Positions 49,252 to 61,000 of a DNA stretch of 64,000 nucleotides are shown piece by piece; position 1 is the stretch's first letter, and the number at the start of each line of letters is the position of its first letter. Position numbers and translations under genes: made by a program. The DNA is taken from positions 114,425,841 through 114,489,840 of the forward strand of contig NC_068986.1 in NCBI RefSeq assembly GCF_001194135.2, in the 5' to 3' direction. Under the pieces are notes generated by a model that searched no databases, was not told the origin of the DNA, and saw only the letters and a list, made by a program, of their open reading frames with translations. Source of the stretch: Octopus bimaculoides. Its lineage: Eukaryota.

Positions 49252-51703
49252 TACTGGTGTGTGTGCGCGCACGAGTGTAAGTAAATATGTAGCTATACAT
49301 ATACATACCCACATATACATAGAAGCACACACACACACTCTCTCTCTCTCACACACACACACAAACACACACACACATACGTGAGTTTTTCTGTGTTAGT
49401 CGACAGGTATGTCATTAAGTAGATAAATAGATATTCACATGCATACAAATATATATACGTCTGTACATAAACATACATACACACACACACATAGACACAC
49501 ACATACGAACGCACATATATATATATATGTATGCATGTATGTATACAACAGACACCAGTAGAGTCTAGTGGGTGAACGTGTATGTGTGAGTATATAGATG
49601 TGTGCGCGGGTGTGTTTGGGCTAAATTTAGCCAAGTACATAGTCAAAATTCCTGTTATCCAAATTTCGTTGAAAGAGGAACAAATCTCTGCCTTATACTC
49701 ACAGATAACTTCCCATATACACGCACTCTTCACCTAACCTAACATCTACATAACACTCTGCCTTCCCCCACATGCTGTTTGTCTCCCCCTCTCTCTCTTT
49801 CTCTATCTCTCTCTCCCCACTCTCACTTTCTCGTGCGCGTGCAGGCTCTCTCTCAATTTAGCTCTCCTTCTATTTCTTTTATTGTCTCTCACTATGTGTG
49901 TGCATGTGTGTATACATGTGTGTGTATGTGCATATATAGCTGCTTAAATAGTTGTATATAAGCAAATATATCTATATATATTGCGTGTGTGCGTGTGTTG
50001 AGAAAAGATAAATACATTCTTAAACATACATACTCATATAGACATACATACTCATATAGACATACATACATACATACTCATATAGAAACACATACACACT
50101 CAAGACTGTTCCCAACGAATGATTTCGACGGAGATTTGGTCTTAGAGTGATGTATATATGTAGTCCAACACTCGCACGCGCGCGCACACCCGCACACACA
50201 CACATACACACACACACACACACGCATACACACACGCATACACGCGCGCGTACAAATGTATAAACATACATACATACATACATGGGTTTGATATGTGCAG
50301 CGCACGAAACACTCAGCCTTCGAATCACTTATATAGCTTTCACTCCTCTCTCTTCTCTCTGTCCCTTTCTTTCTCTCTCTCTTTACATATACGCAGGTAT
50401 GTGTGTATGTTTGTGTATATACTTGTGTATACAAGGAAACGCACACTCATATACGTGTGTGTGTGTGTGATTGTGCTGCATATACTCAGTATAATGCGCA
50501 TACATAAATGTGTGTCTACAAAGACACATCTATACGCATATAATAATATATATACATATATACACATATATGTACATATATATATGTATATATATATTCA
50601 TACACATGCACACATACCCGCTCATACATACATACATACGACTGCATATATACATACATACGACTGCATATATCAGTCATGTCCGTTCGAAGACAAATAC
50701 TTTTTCGGACTGGTTTAACCGGGTTGGGAGTTTAGGTGAAAATCAGGACATACTGAGCTGGCAGGATGGGGTGTGGGGGGAAGGGATGGGGAAGTTGAGC
50801 TAATAAGGTTAGTTGGACTGTGGTAGAAGTAATGTAGAGAAATAGAAGTATAGGCAGTAGTTAAAGTGTGGTGAAGAAGAGGCGGATGGGGTGGAGTTGG
50901 TTGAATAATGGTAGAAGCAGAAGAGAGATAAAAAGGCTATAGTTTAAGATAGGTGAGTTAACTAGATTGTGGTAGAAGTACAGGTATCGGGATGGCAAAA
51001 TAAAGGTAAAGAGGCAGCGGATGATGGGGGGGGGTAGTAGGAATGTGATAGAAGTATTGAAGGTATAAAACGGAAAAGAAATGGAGATGTCTGGGGGAAA
51101 TTAGCTTTAAAGTAGAGGGTTGGGTTTAGGTGGAGGTAGAAGTACTGTAAATAGAGAGGGGGAGGAGAGGTAGAAGTATTATAGGTATATACTACAAAGA
51201 GTACTATAGAGTACATGAAGTACCACGGATAATAGAAGTGAGGGCGTGAGGAGGGTGGTGATTGCTTCAAAGTAACTGGGTAATCGGAGTGGGTAAAAGA
51301 ACAATAGGGCAGAGAGGTAAGGTAGAAGTACTATATTATATAGAAGGGAGGGTTGGTAGAACTGAGGTAACGAGAAGAGGAGGGTGGTGGCTTAAAAGTA
51401 GCTATCTTAGTCGGACTGGGTAAATGTATAGAAGAGCGTAAGGTAAAGTTCAAAGTGTAAGGATGCTGGTGATGGTGGTAAATTGACTTTTAGTCTTTCT
51501 CTTTCTCCTATATTAGCCCTGCATCTGCGTTGTGTGTCGCTGCATTTGTATGCATTCGTTGAAGGACGTCTGAGTGAATGCTTGTAGACGTGTTTGTGCG
51601 TGTGTACGCCAGTGTCTTTGTGCACGTTTGTGTGGCTGTGTGTATTGGTACGTTTGTTTCTTTCTTTCTGCGCGTTTATGAGTGTTCAATTCATGTTAAT
51701 ACT

Positions 51704-51782
<79 letters not shown>

Positions 51783-51858
51783 GCGTGTGTGTGTACATAG
51801 GGTGATAAGACCACCGAAGCACTATCCAGTTATTGTGCAGATGGATGTTATAGTGACC

Positions 51859-52061
51859 TACAGTCCATCTAGATGTACCATACCATAAGGTACAGTTTCT
51901 AGCTGTATGTAGGTACTACAGGGATACAGTCCACCTAAGTTGTAAGTAGACACCACAGTGAGTTAGTCTACTTCGTTAGTTCATGTAACTGTAGGCACTA
52001 CAGTGAAGTACAGTCCATCTAGCTGTAAGCAGGCACCATTGTGAAATACAGTCAGCCTAGC
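51859..52061. repeat. Degenerate ~35-bp minisatellite, about 6 units
   Basis: Recurrent tacagtccatctagctgtaag(t/c)aggcac(t/c)acagtgaa-like units. Confidence 0.7.
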
Positions 52062-52165
52062 ATTTTTCATGAATATCTCCTTTTTCATGTACGGTGTAAT
52101 TTAAGAGATTTAGCTGCTGTATCTAGGAGGTCGAGCGAATACGTAAGGTGCCTTCATTATATGAT

Positions 52166-52216
52166 GGTAGCGGCGGTAGCGGCGGTAGCGGCGGTAGCGG
52201 CGGTAGCGGCGGTAGC
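52166..52216. repeat. (GGTAGCGGC)n 9-bp tandem repeat, ~5.7 units
   Basis: Direct reading; perfect units. Confidence 0.95.
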
Positions 52217-54017
52217 TGTGCGTTAGATATGAAAGTAGTGCGGTGATAGAATGTGATGATTGTAGTATAATGGTGGTAGTTGTGTGGCTGCTACAGAGGT
52301 GTAGTTGTGATAAAGGTGTGGTAATGATAAAAGTACAACGGTAGTAATTGTACAGGGGTGAATACAGTAGTAGAGGTGGTAGTAGTAGTGGTGTGGTGAT
52401 GGTGGTGGTGAAGGTGTGGTTGTAATGGCAGTTTATATTTGTTGTGATTAGCGAGGTGTGGGTGTTAGTATTTGTTGTGGTGAGTTTTGGTAATATGTGG
52501 TTGTTTATAATGTAGTAAGGATGGTGGGGTGAATGATTATGGTAACGCTATGGTGGGTGATGGTGGTGGTTATGTGGGGGGGAGGTGATAACAGAGCGGT
52601 GTGTGGTTGTGATGCGAGTTGATGGTATTGATATGGGGTGGGATGTGGTGCTAGTAGTGGTCTGGTGTGTGGTATGTAGGAGTAGTAGTGTGGTGCGTGA
52701 GGATAGTTTTGTGTGTGTGTGTGTGTCTGTGTGTGTCTTTGTCTTGTGTGTGTGCCTGTGTGTGTGTCTTTGTGTGTGTGTGTGTGCATGTGGCTGAGGT
52801 AATATGGTGGGTATTGTAGTCATAGTGGTAACATGAGGTACGGTGGGTGTATCGTGTGGTTTTAGTATGGTGTGTGTGTGTCTGCTCGTGGTGTACTGTG
52901 TACGTGATAGTGGTGTTTGGTCTGTGGTAGTGTGTGTTTGTAGTGGTATGGTACGTTGAGATCATTGTTTAGTGTGTGTGTGTGTGTGTGTGTGGTTGTG
53001 TTGTGTGGGGGTCAGGGTATGGTGGTAGCGATGTGATGTATTATCGTAATAGTTTGGTGTGTGGTGTAGTGTGCCATTTGTTAGCGGTAGTGATGACAGT
53101 AGTAGGGTGGAGGTGGTGGCGGTGGTGGTGGTGGTGGTGAGTGGTATATATGTCGTGTGTGAAGGTAGTTTGTGTGAAAGTTGTATGGCGTGTGGTGATA
53201 TTGGTGGGGTTAGGGTTAGTAGTATTGGTGGTAGTATCATTATGGTAGCGTTGTGTAGTAATACAGAGATGGCCGATGCTGTAGTACATACAAAGCAAAA
53301 AGCAAGTGTTTGAATAAAATAGGACAATGAAAGAAGTGGGGGCGTCATGATGATGATGATGAAGTGGCGGGGGTGGAATTGGTTGTTGGAAAGATGGCAG
53401 AGGAGGAGTGAAAAAGAATAGATGTTAGAAAGTAGTGTGAGGGAGAGGCTGGGGAGGCTGGATATAAATGTGATGGAAAGACCAGGAGGAGGAGGAGGAG
53501 GAGGAGGAGGAGGTGAAGTGAATGCTGGAGTGATGGGAGAGCAAGGAGGAGGAGGAGGGAAGGTGGATGTTGGAGTGAAAAGACGGAAGTCCGATCATGG
53601 CTAAAACAACATCCACAGGATTTCTAGATCCAAGTACGAGTAGCAGTGGTAGATGGGCTTCTAAAGGGGTAGGAGGGATATCGATTGTCATAGTGATGAT
53701 GTTTAGCCCAAGGTCAATTTTGATCAAGTAGATCCATGATCGAAAGTCATTATAGCCGTGACCATCTCGTTATTTTTTGTTTGCTTTGTTAGTAAGTGAT
53801 CTTTTGTTTTGTTTTCCTTTTTTGTTTTTTTGTTTTAGAGATAATTTATCTAGGATCACAATTAATGTCTTCTTTTTGATAAACAGCAGGGTGTGGTTCG
53901 AGGAAAATGTAGTTGCTATCTTTAGCAACTTGCGTTCTTATGATGAGGTTCCCCTTTACCTCATCTTATGTACGTGAGCACGCGCGAGTGAGTGTACTCA
54001 CGTTCGCGTGCTAGCGC

Positions 54018-54161
54018 ATGCGTGTGGATGCACCATCATCATCATCATCCAGAAGAAGTGAGATGAACGAGTCTGCTGCGCCTAGGAAGAGATGCTACAA
54101 AACCAAACAGCTCCGAAGTTCGGAGGCGGTAGTGGTTGAGAAGACGGAGAGAGGAGACACA
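54018..54161 (+). CDS. Candidate first exon in CpG-rich island (MRVDAPSSSSSRRSEMNESAAPRKRCYKTKQLRSSEAVVVEKTERGDT)
   Basis: Open frame from ATG to consensus donor ACA|GTGAGT (54162), second donor GTAAGT at 54170, NRF1-like GCGCATGCGT at 54014-54023. No homology recognised. Confidence 0.2.
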
Positions 54162-54513
54162 GTGAGTTTGTAAGTCATAGAATGGAACACAGATTCTAAG
54201 TGTGCGGCAGCAGCACATTCCAGGGCAAGTGTCCATTGTGAATTTCAACTGGACTTTGCAGGTCAATGATTATTAGGACTGGCTCCGGAAAGAAGGACCA
54301 GCCTATGAGACAGAGAGAAGGGAGAGAAAGAGGAGAGAGACAGGAAAAGAAAAGGAAAGAGAAGAGAGGAGGGAAGAGAGGAGGAGGGTAGAGAGAAGGA
54401 GGGATAGAGGAGGGGGGAGAGAAGTCGGGGAAAGAGAATGCAGAGCTTGGTGAGTATCAAAGCTAATGCTGAGGAGCATTGCTTGGTTGAGTGTAATAGA
54501 AGAAACATTCTCT

Positions 54514-54705
54514 AAGGCGGCAAGTTGGCAGAAATGTTAGAATGCTTAGCGGCATTTCGTCTGCTGCTACGTTCTGAGTTCAAATTCCGCCGAGGTTAAC
54601 TTAGCCTTTCATCCTTTCGAGGTCCATTAAATAAGTACCAGTCACGCACTGGGCCGATGTAATCGACTCAATCCCTTTGTCTGTCCTTGTTTGCCCCTTC
54701 TATGG
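54514..54705 (+). mobile_element. SINE family A, 3'-truncated
   Basis: aaggcggcaagttggcagaaatgttag...gttctgagttcaaattccgccgagg...gatgtaatcgact...ctatg. Confidence 0.85.
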
Positions 54706-54733
54706 GGATGTTCAACAGACTTGAACATCCCCA

Positions 54734-55400
54734 CAGGGTTATAGAAAAAGCGCAGTGACAGGCTGATCTGTTCAATGAAAACAGTGGCCTGCGAAGTTTA
54801 GCCGTTTGTATTTGATTATCTGGATGATGCGCAGTAAAGATTTGTAAAGAACTTGTTTGCTATATGTTCGGCATAAAAGATGTTAAAGACCTTGTGCAGA
54901 AGTCGTGTGTGTGTGTGCGGTCCAGTAGTCGCTGTTCGGTTATTGTAAGAAACCAGCATCCAGAGCCGTAGAGCAGAACAGATTCCACTGTAGCACGAAA
55001 CAAGTGTAGTTTTAAACTACGAAACAGCTTTGGTGCTTTCCGAATTTTCTTATAGCTTGTTGCTGACCATGTTATCACTATACGAATGTTGGCATTTGTA
55101 ACAGGTAGAGCGAATACGAAAGTCCAGGTAGTAGAAATCAGCAACTGATTCAATGAGCCCTGGTGAAAGTGGAAGATACCTACACAAACATTTTCACCAA
55201 AGATTACAGTCTTTATCTTCGAGCGGTTTACTGAGAGATCAACTCCAATAAAAGCCGACTCCAGGTTTGTGAGGAGAGTTTGAGAATTTGTGATTCCATG
55301 TGAGACGAGTGCGATGTCATCTACAAAGTCGAGGTCAGTCAGGTATGATGCTAGATGAAGTGAACCTTTGCGAGGACGGAGTGTCATACCCCGTTCAGAC
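54734..55400 (-). mobile_element. RTE-clade LINE ORF, downstream part
   Basis: GMTLRPRK...LTDLDFVDDIALVS (RT motif), KLHLFRATVESVLLYGS, KRLNFAGHCF. Confidence 0.85.
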
Positions 55401-55409
55401 CAAAACTAT

Positions 55410-55720
55410 AATGAAAAGGTGTTCCGAAAAAATGGGGATCAATCAGAATACGGCTTGATGTCATTCTCAGCCATACTTTTCAAGCGTATCATGCTCAATT
55501 GCATCCGAAACTCTATCGAAACACTACTCAAGCCAAACGAAAAGAGCTTTCGCAAAAGCCGCTCCACTCTTGAACTCATTTTAACTCTTCGTCGACTCAT
55601 TAAAATCATCTCAGCAAAGAAAAACGGATGTTTGTGCGCCGACTTTGTGAATATCACCAACGCTTTTCACTCTGACAACCTTCAGCGAATCTTTCAGATT
55701 CTCTCTGCTCCCGACACATT
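55410..55720 (+). mobile_element. RTE-clade LINE ORF, upstream RT part, inverted relative to neighbour
   Basis: RKNGDQSEYG...KRIMLNCIRNSIETLLKPNEKSFRKSRSTLELILTLRRLI...DFVNITNAFHS...FQIL. Confidence 0.8.
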
Positions 55721-56009
55721 TACAGTCGGTGCTCACAAAACCAAAACCAATTTATTTACATATCGACAGATATGTAGAATAAACAAGCCCTTAGACTAAC
55801 GTTCCAATTATTTACATTTGTATAAAAGCTTGCTCGTTTGTAGAGTCGTTAGAATATCGGATGGTCAACTTTCTCTTTCATCCCCTCAGTTTTGATTTTA
55901 CAAAAAGTACGTCCGGTACTATAGTCAATTGTTCTCTTTAACTCATTCTTTGAAACTGTCTCCTCTGGAAGTAATCGACTGTAGATGGATGGCCAATATA
56001 TGCCGTATA

Positions 56010-56241
56010 AGGCGGCGAGCTGGCAGAAACGTTAGCACACCGAGCGAAATGCTTAGCGGTATTTCGTCTGCCGTTACGTTCTGAGTTCAAATTCCGCCGA
56101 GGTCGACTATGCCTTTCATCCTTTCGGGGTCGATAAATAAAGTACCAGTTACGCACTGGGGTCGATGTAATCGACTTAATCCCGTTGTCTGTCCTTGTTT
56201 GTCCCCTCTATGGTTAGCCCCTTGGGGGCAATAAAGAAATA
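56010..56241 (+). mobile_element. SINE family A, full length with 16-bp TSD
   Basis: Intact head, body and tail; identical CAATATATGCCGTATA at 55994-56009 and 56242-56257. Confidence 0.95.
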
Positions 56242-56514
56242 CAATATATGCCGTATACATCACGACAGCGCTCCTATAACTCAAAATATTTAGGAGCCCA
56301 TGGTATGGCAAGCTAATATGCAGTTTACCATCGTAAAAAATGTGAACGTAAACTATCCTAAAACATGAAAATAAATTACAATAGAAACTGGAAGTGACGA
56401 CAGTGACATAGTAAAATTTTATTACAAGAAAACAAAGAACTCCGTCATTATTCCATGTCCACAAAAAATCTACATCTATAGTACATTCTAGTGCTATGTT
56501 AAGTACTTTAGAAA

Positions 56515-56830
56515 TAGTAGCTGAAAGGGATACAAACAAAAAAATACTGCTTGATGTGATATTGCCAAGAACGTTTGTTGGATTCCCTACGTTGGTCTCG
56601 AACATGAAGTTGTCAACCATTCACTCAATTTTATTGGTCCAAATGATGACAGCATCCGTACACAGACGATAGAAGAGTGATGGATGCTCGCCAAGAAGAA
56701 ACTTAGACGAAAATGTGGGACTAATGATTTATTTACATCATATCTTCATGCGCGTGTGAGGTAAAACAAATTTAGAGATTGTGAAAATCTATTCACGAAA
56801 ACCTTTTCATGAATCAATGTTTTCCCGTAG
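56515..56830 (+). mobile_element. Merlin/ISXO2-like DDE transposase C-terminal remnant
   Basis: AERDTNKKILLDVILPRT, then EHEVVNHSLNFIGPNDDSIRTQTIEE*WMLAKKKLRRKCGTNDLFTSYL...NLF...VFP*, matching the VNHSxNFVDP...HTQxIExxW consensus of ISXO2/Merlin transposases. Confidence 0.75.
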
Positions 56831-57033
56831 ATGTAATTGCTTTCATCTTATAAAAAATATATATATACGATTTTCATGTTATAATAAATATATGTATGTT
56901 TTGTGCATTGGTTATGTCACATATGCTGTGTACATAAAATTATGGGATATCACTGTCGCCATTTCCAGTTTCTTAGCAATATGCATTCATTTTTTGTGCC
57001 GATAAACTGCATGTTATGATATGTGCATATATC

Positions 57034-57078
<45 letters not shown>

Positions 57079-57088
57079 GTGTGTGTGT

Positions 57089-57131
<43 letters not shown>

Positions 57132-57608
57132 AAGAAATTCATTAATAATCTTCCATACATTATCTGTTGTAAGCATTGTGGATAATAAGGCTTCGTTGGA
57201 TTGACATCTCGTTTGAGAGTGAGAAATTATAAGTAAAACTACGAGATTTGAGGGATCAATTTAGTGCGCTGAGGGTCGCCATTAATTGATGTATGGGAGG
57301 ATATCAAGTGAAGAGAGCAAGGTGACGAATGAAAGGGAAAGTTTCGGGCAGGAAGATAGACGAATATATCATTGAAACAACGACTAAACTAGGCCCAGTT
57401 AAGGCGACAAGGTTGAAATATTTGTGGGAGGAGAGCGACAGGAAGGTAGGCAGGTACAATAAATGAAACAGCCATAAAAATAGGGCTACCGCTGCCATGA
57501 CAGTAATGTGAGGAGATGTAAGCAGAGGTGTATACACGCCACTACTGACACAAAGAAAATAAACAGCTTAAGAATTTCCCTGCCTTAATACTGAAGTAGA
57601 ATATTTTA

Positions 57609-57885
57609 TAGGAGTAGCTGTGTGGTAAGTAGCTTGCTTACCAACCACATGGTCCCGGGTTCAGTCCCACTGCGTGGCATCTTGGGCAAGTGTCTTCTAC
57701 TATAGCCTCGGGCCGACCAAAGCCTTGTGAGGGGATTTGGTAGACGGAAACTGAAAGAAGCCCGTCGTATATATGTATATATATGTGTATGTGTGTATGT
57801 GCTTGTGTGTCTGTGTTTGTCCCCAAAAAATCGCTTGACAACCGATGCTGATGTGTTTATGTCCCCGTAACTTAGCGGTTCGGCA
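57609..57885 (+). mobile_element. SINE family B, 3'-truncated
   Basis: taggagtagctgtgtggtaag...cgggttcagtccc...ccaaagccttgtgag...gacggaaactgaaagaagcccgtcg...cgtaacttagcggttcggca. Confidence 0.92.
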
Positions 57886-58566
57886 TTTTGGTCAGTGCAA
57901 AAGGGTTATAAAACCGTCGCGAAGTATCGTTCGATTTAAACTACAATTACTTTCAATATGGTGACACAATTCACACGTAACAGCAATACCTCGGAGCGAG
58001 GCTGAGGTTTCTTTCTTACTAGACAAATACCACATAAGATGATTTCATTTTACTTTTTTCAACAAAAAAGGATTTTTGCAAGAAGCCAGTATCTTTACGG
58101 TTGAAAACTAAATTCAAAATTAATCTATATTGTTATCTTTTAACGAACGTCCTGTACTACCTCAAGAAGGAATTAAATTTATATAAATATTAGTAACTGC
58201 ACATGTTTTTGCATTTATATTTTTAAATGTTATATTCCATTAGTTTATAGTACATTCTACAAACATTATATATTTCTGTACAATTTTTTTCGGTCAAACA
58301 ATATTTGTATTACGCTCCTTCTCAAGAAAACACTATTTATGTACAGAACCGGTTTGGTTTGGTTTGGTTTGTTTAGTTTGTCTTTCTTGTCTTTTTCTTT
58401 GTGGTTTCATCACTGGAGCAAAAACAGCACCGATGGCCTTTTCCATGCTCTCCAAGATGAATGAATGAATGAATAAAGGAAGGAAGGAAGGAAAGAAGGA
58501 AGTTATTCTGCGACAAAACACTTGGCCCGGTCGGTGGGGTTAAACTAGGCAACGAATTGAGCGTAC

Positions 58567-58699
58567 CATCCCAGAACAGAACCTGTCCCCCTGACGAGCT
58601 TCCCAACTGCTTCTGTCCACTAGATTTCACTCGCCAGTCTTGACACATGACATTTGACCAAGGGCCGTTTACCAAACCTCGTAACTTCAAAGCGAACTC
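58567..58699 (-). CDS. Candidate 133-bp exon (EFALKLRGLVNGPWSNVMCQDWRVKSSGQKQLGSSSGGQVLFWD)
   Basis: Acceptor tgtgcatag|G and donor ATG|gtacgc with an open frame. Faint FN3-like (GPWS) or WD40-like (GQVLFWD) look only. Confidence 0.15.
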
Positions 58700-59084
58700 C
58701 TATGCACAAACTCATGCTGGCTTCAGTTACAAATACAGAAAACAAGAAAACCACAGCAAATTCATATTGAGAGTTCGCAATGCTAACGGTACGAAAATTT
58801 CTTTAAAAACTACTTTTCCCTGTGTGGTAGATTTACGAAAATAGTAACACCCTCTAAGCCAATTGCTAATATAGTTCAGCCCAAACGAACAGGTAAATAC
58901 AGTTGATGAAACAAGAACATTTCTTTCTCTCGCTGATTACACGATGCTACATGAAACAAGTATAAGACAAAACAATTGATACACTAATAATATTTGTATT
59001 TTAATTTGTATTTTACAAACAAGCAGAGCGCACTCAGTTTTTTTTATATAACCTAAACATATGTTCTTTTCTACTCCAGGCACA

Positions 59085-59205
59085 AGGCCCGAATTTTCTT
59101 TTGGAGGGGGACCAGTCGATTAGATTGACTCCAGTAGGCAACTGGTACTTAATTTATCGACCACGAAAGGATGAAAGGCAAAGTCGACCTCGGCGGAACC
59201 TAAGC
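59085..59205 (-). mobile_element. SINE family A 3' fragment
   Basis: Reverse complement ttccgccgaggtcgactttgcctttcatcctttcgtggtcgataaattaagtaccagttg. Confidence 0.8.
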
Positions 59206-59499
59206 ATATATTGCAAGAGGTATTACGAAATATTCGAGTGTGCGCGCACATGCCGTATGTATGTGCTTTATAAACTATATTGACACTCGGACTTCCCATA
59301 TTGAATTCTTTACTTAGTAGACTAACCATGTTCCTATGAACTGGTAACCCCAGGATTATATAAATATATATACATATACACCAACTTAACATGGATGTCT
59401 TATTAAAACACCGAATACTGGCTTTGTGAGAACTTCTCATATAGGTACTTGGTGCAGAAAAATTACACGCATAGATCGTAGCAGATGAGAATCGTCTGT

Positions 59500-59600
59500 C
59501 ATGGGCACCGGAACTTCTATATCACGTGATTTCATTCTATTAGAAACCATGAGTGGGAGGCGTCCGGTCGCCGCATGCCAGCTAAACCTCACTGCTAAAT
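59500..59600. promoter_or_regulatory. CpG-rich patch with palindromic E-box and ETS-like site
   Basis: ACCGGAACT 59507-59515 and ATCACGTGAT 59521-59530, plus GC-rich ggcgtccggtcgccgc. Confidence 0.2.
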
Positions 59601-60149
59601 TTTTAATAAGCTTTCTGGCTATTTGCAACATCAGCGTCTGAAAAAATGCTGATATTCTATATATCGTAGCAGCAAATGTAATATGCATAACACACATATA
59701 AAATACAAATGGAACTAATAACGCAGTATTCAGTGTTCTAACAAAACATTCATGTTAAGTTGGATATACTTCCTACCCACCTCCTCTTTTCGTTGATACC
59801 ATTCCACCCACCCACATCCTATCACCACCCACACAACACCCCCACACACTAGCACTGACCACATCCCAGTACCCACACCACACTCCATCATCCGCACACT
59901 CACATACCATCATCCACACACACACACCCACACACAATCTTCAGTAGAATCACCACACATACCACTATATGAGCAACCACACGTTACAGATGCACACACT
60001 TCCACATGCACACACCCACACACATCAAAGTCACTAGCCCCTATTCATATACACCATTCTCACATACACACACGCACACACCTCTTCATGTGGGATCACC
60101 CTCACTTTATTATCTCCCTTTCTTCTAACTTCTTTCAAACTCCTTTTGT

Positions 60150-60350
60150 AATCAGCCACCATCCTAAATCTACAGGGTTTTTTTGTTTTTTTTTTTCATT
60201 CTCTGTTCATTTTCTCTTATTCCTTTCTGCTGAAGAGCGTATGCTCGAAACGTAAAAGCCTTTTTCATTTTACCGAGGGTCAAACTAATACACCTCCATT
60301 TTGTTCATACACCTGTCTTCGTCTTTTGTTTTTCTATAAATTTCAACTAC
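60150..60350 (+). mobile_element. Short dispersed repeat H1, copy 3
   Basis: ctttctgctgaagagcgtatgctcgaaacgtaaaag...caaactaatacacc...cacctgtcttcgtcttttg. Confidence 0.6.
60223..60258 (+). ncRNA. Variant minimal type I hammerhead-like motif (A6 to C, extra A after A9)
   Basis: Stem I CTTT/AAAG; CTGCTGA; A; stem II GAGC-gtat-GCTC; GAAAC; GTA. Stem III is the ACGT palindrome. Confidence 0.55.
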
Positions 60351-60355
60351 AAAAG

Positions 60356-60391
<36 letters not shown>

Positions 60392-60398
60392 AAGATAG

Positions 60399-60467
<69 letters not shown>

Positions 60468-60705
60468 CATAGATATATACATATTATACAGATTCACACA
60501 GAAATACGCACACGCGCGCGCACACACATACACACACACACACACACACATATATATGAGTTACCTCTTCCTACCCAGCATAGATTCCATCAAATATTAA
60601 TAAGAACACGGTCAAGCTGTTTAAATCTAACCCCAGGCTGGAGCTCCGGTGTCGGCTAGTTGGGCTTCGGCGTAAAATAGGGAACAAAGTATAATGTTAA
60701 CCCTT

Positions 60706-60715
60706 CCATATATGG
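60706..60715. promoter_or_regulatory. Perfect CArG box (SRF-type site) in a GC-richer island
   Basis: CCATATATGG fits CC(A/T)6GG. A single motif, so weak evidence alone. Confidence 0.22.
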
Positions 60716-60879
60716 ATGCTGCGACTAAATCTAATCCTAACAAGGTGACCAAACTTGCCACTAATTCCGAAACCCTTAATGCGCACGTCTCCACCCACCT
60801 ACCCCACAGCGGGTATGCTGTATCGCCATGCGACATGCAACTACCACACAGGAGCCCTCTGTGACCGACGCTGACCTAC

Positions 60880-60960
60880 CAGCCACCGAGCACCACCAGT
60901 GACTCCCTCTGGTTTGGGCCTGCACTGGAGTTATTGTCTGTCGGTCTGGGAAATCCTGTC
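60880..60960 (-). CDS. Candidate 81-bp symmetric exon
   Basis: Acceptor tatacttttcaaag|G and donor CTG|gtaggt; two open frames (QDFPDRQTITPVQAQTRGSHWWCSVA or TGFPRPTDNNSSAGPNQRESLVVLGG). Confidence 0.17.
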
Positions 60961-61000
60961 CTTTGAAAAGTATATATATATATATATATATGTATGTGTA

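Noticed and set aside
51859-52061. Repeat array as possible CRISPR
   Set aside because: Eukaryotic context, degenerate head-to-tail units without unique spacers, and no cas genes.
53205-53220. ggggttagggttag telomere-like bit
   Set aside because: Only two units within GT-rich low-complexity DNA.
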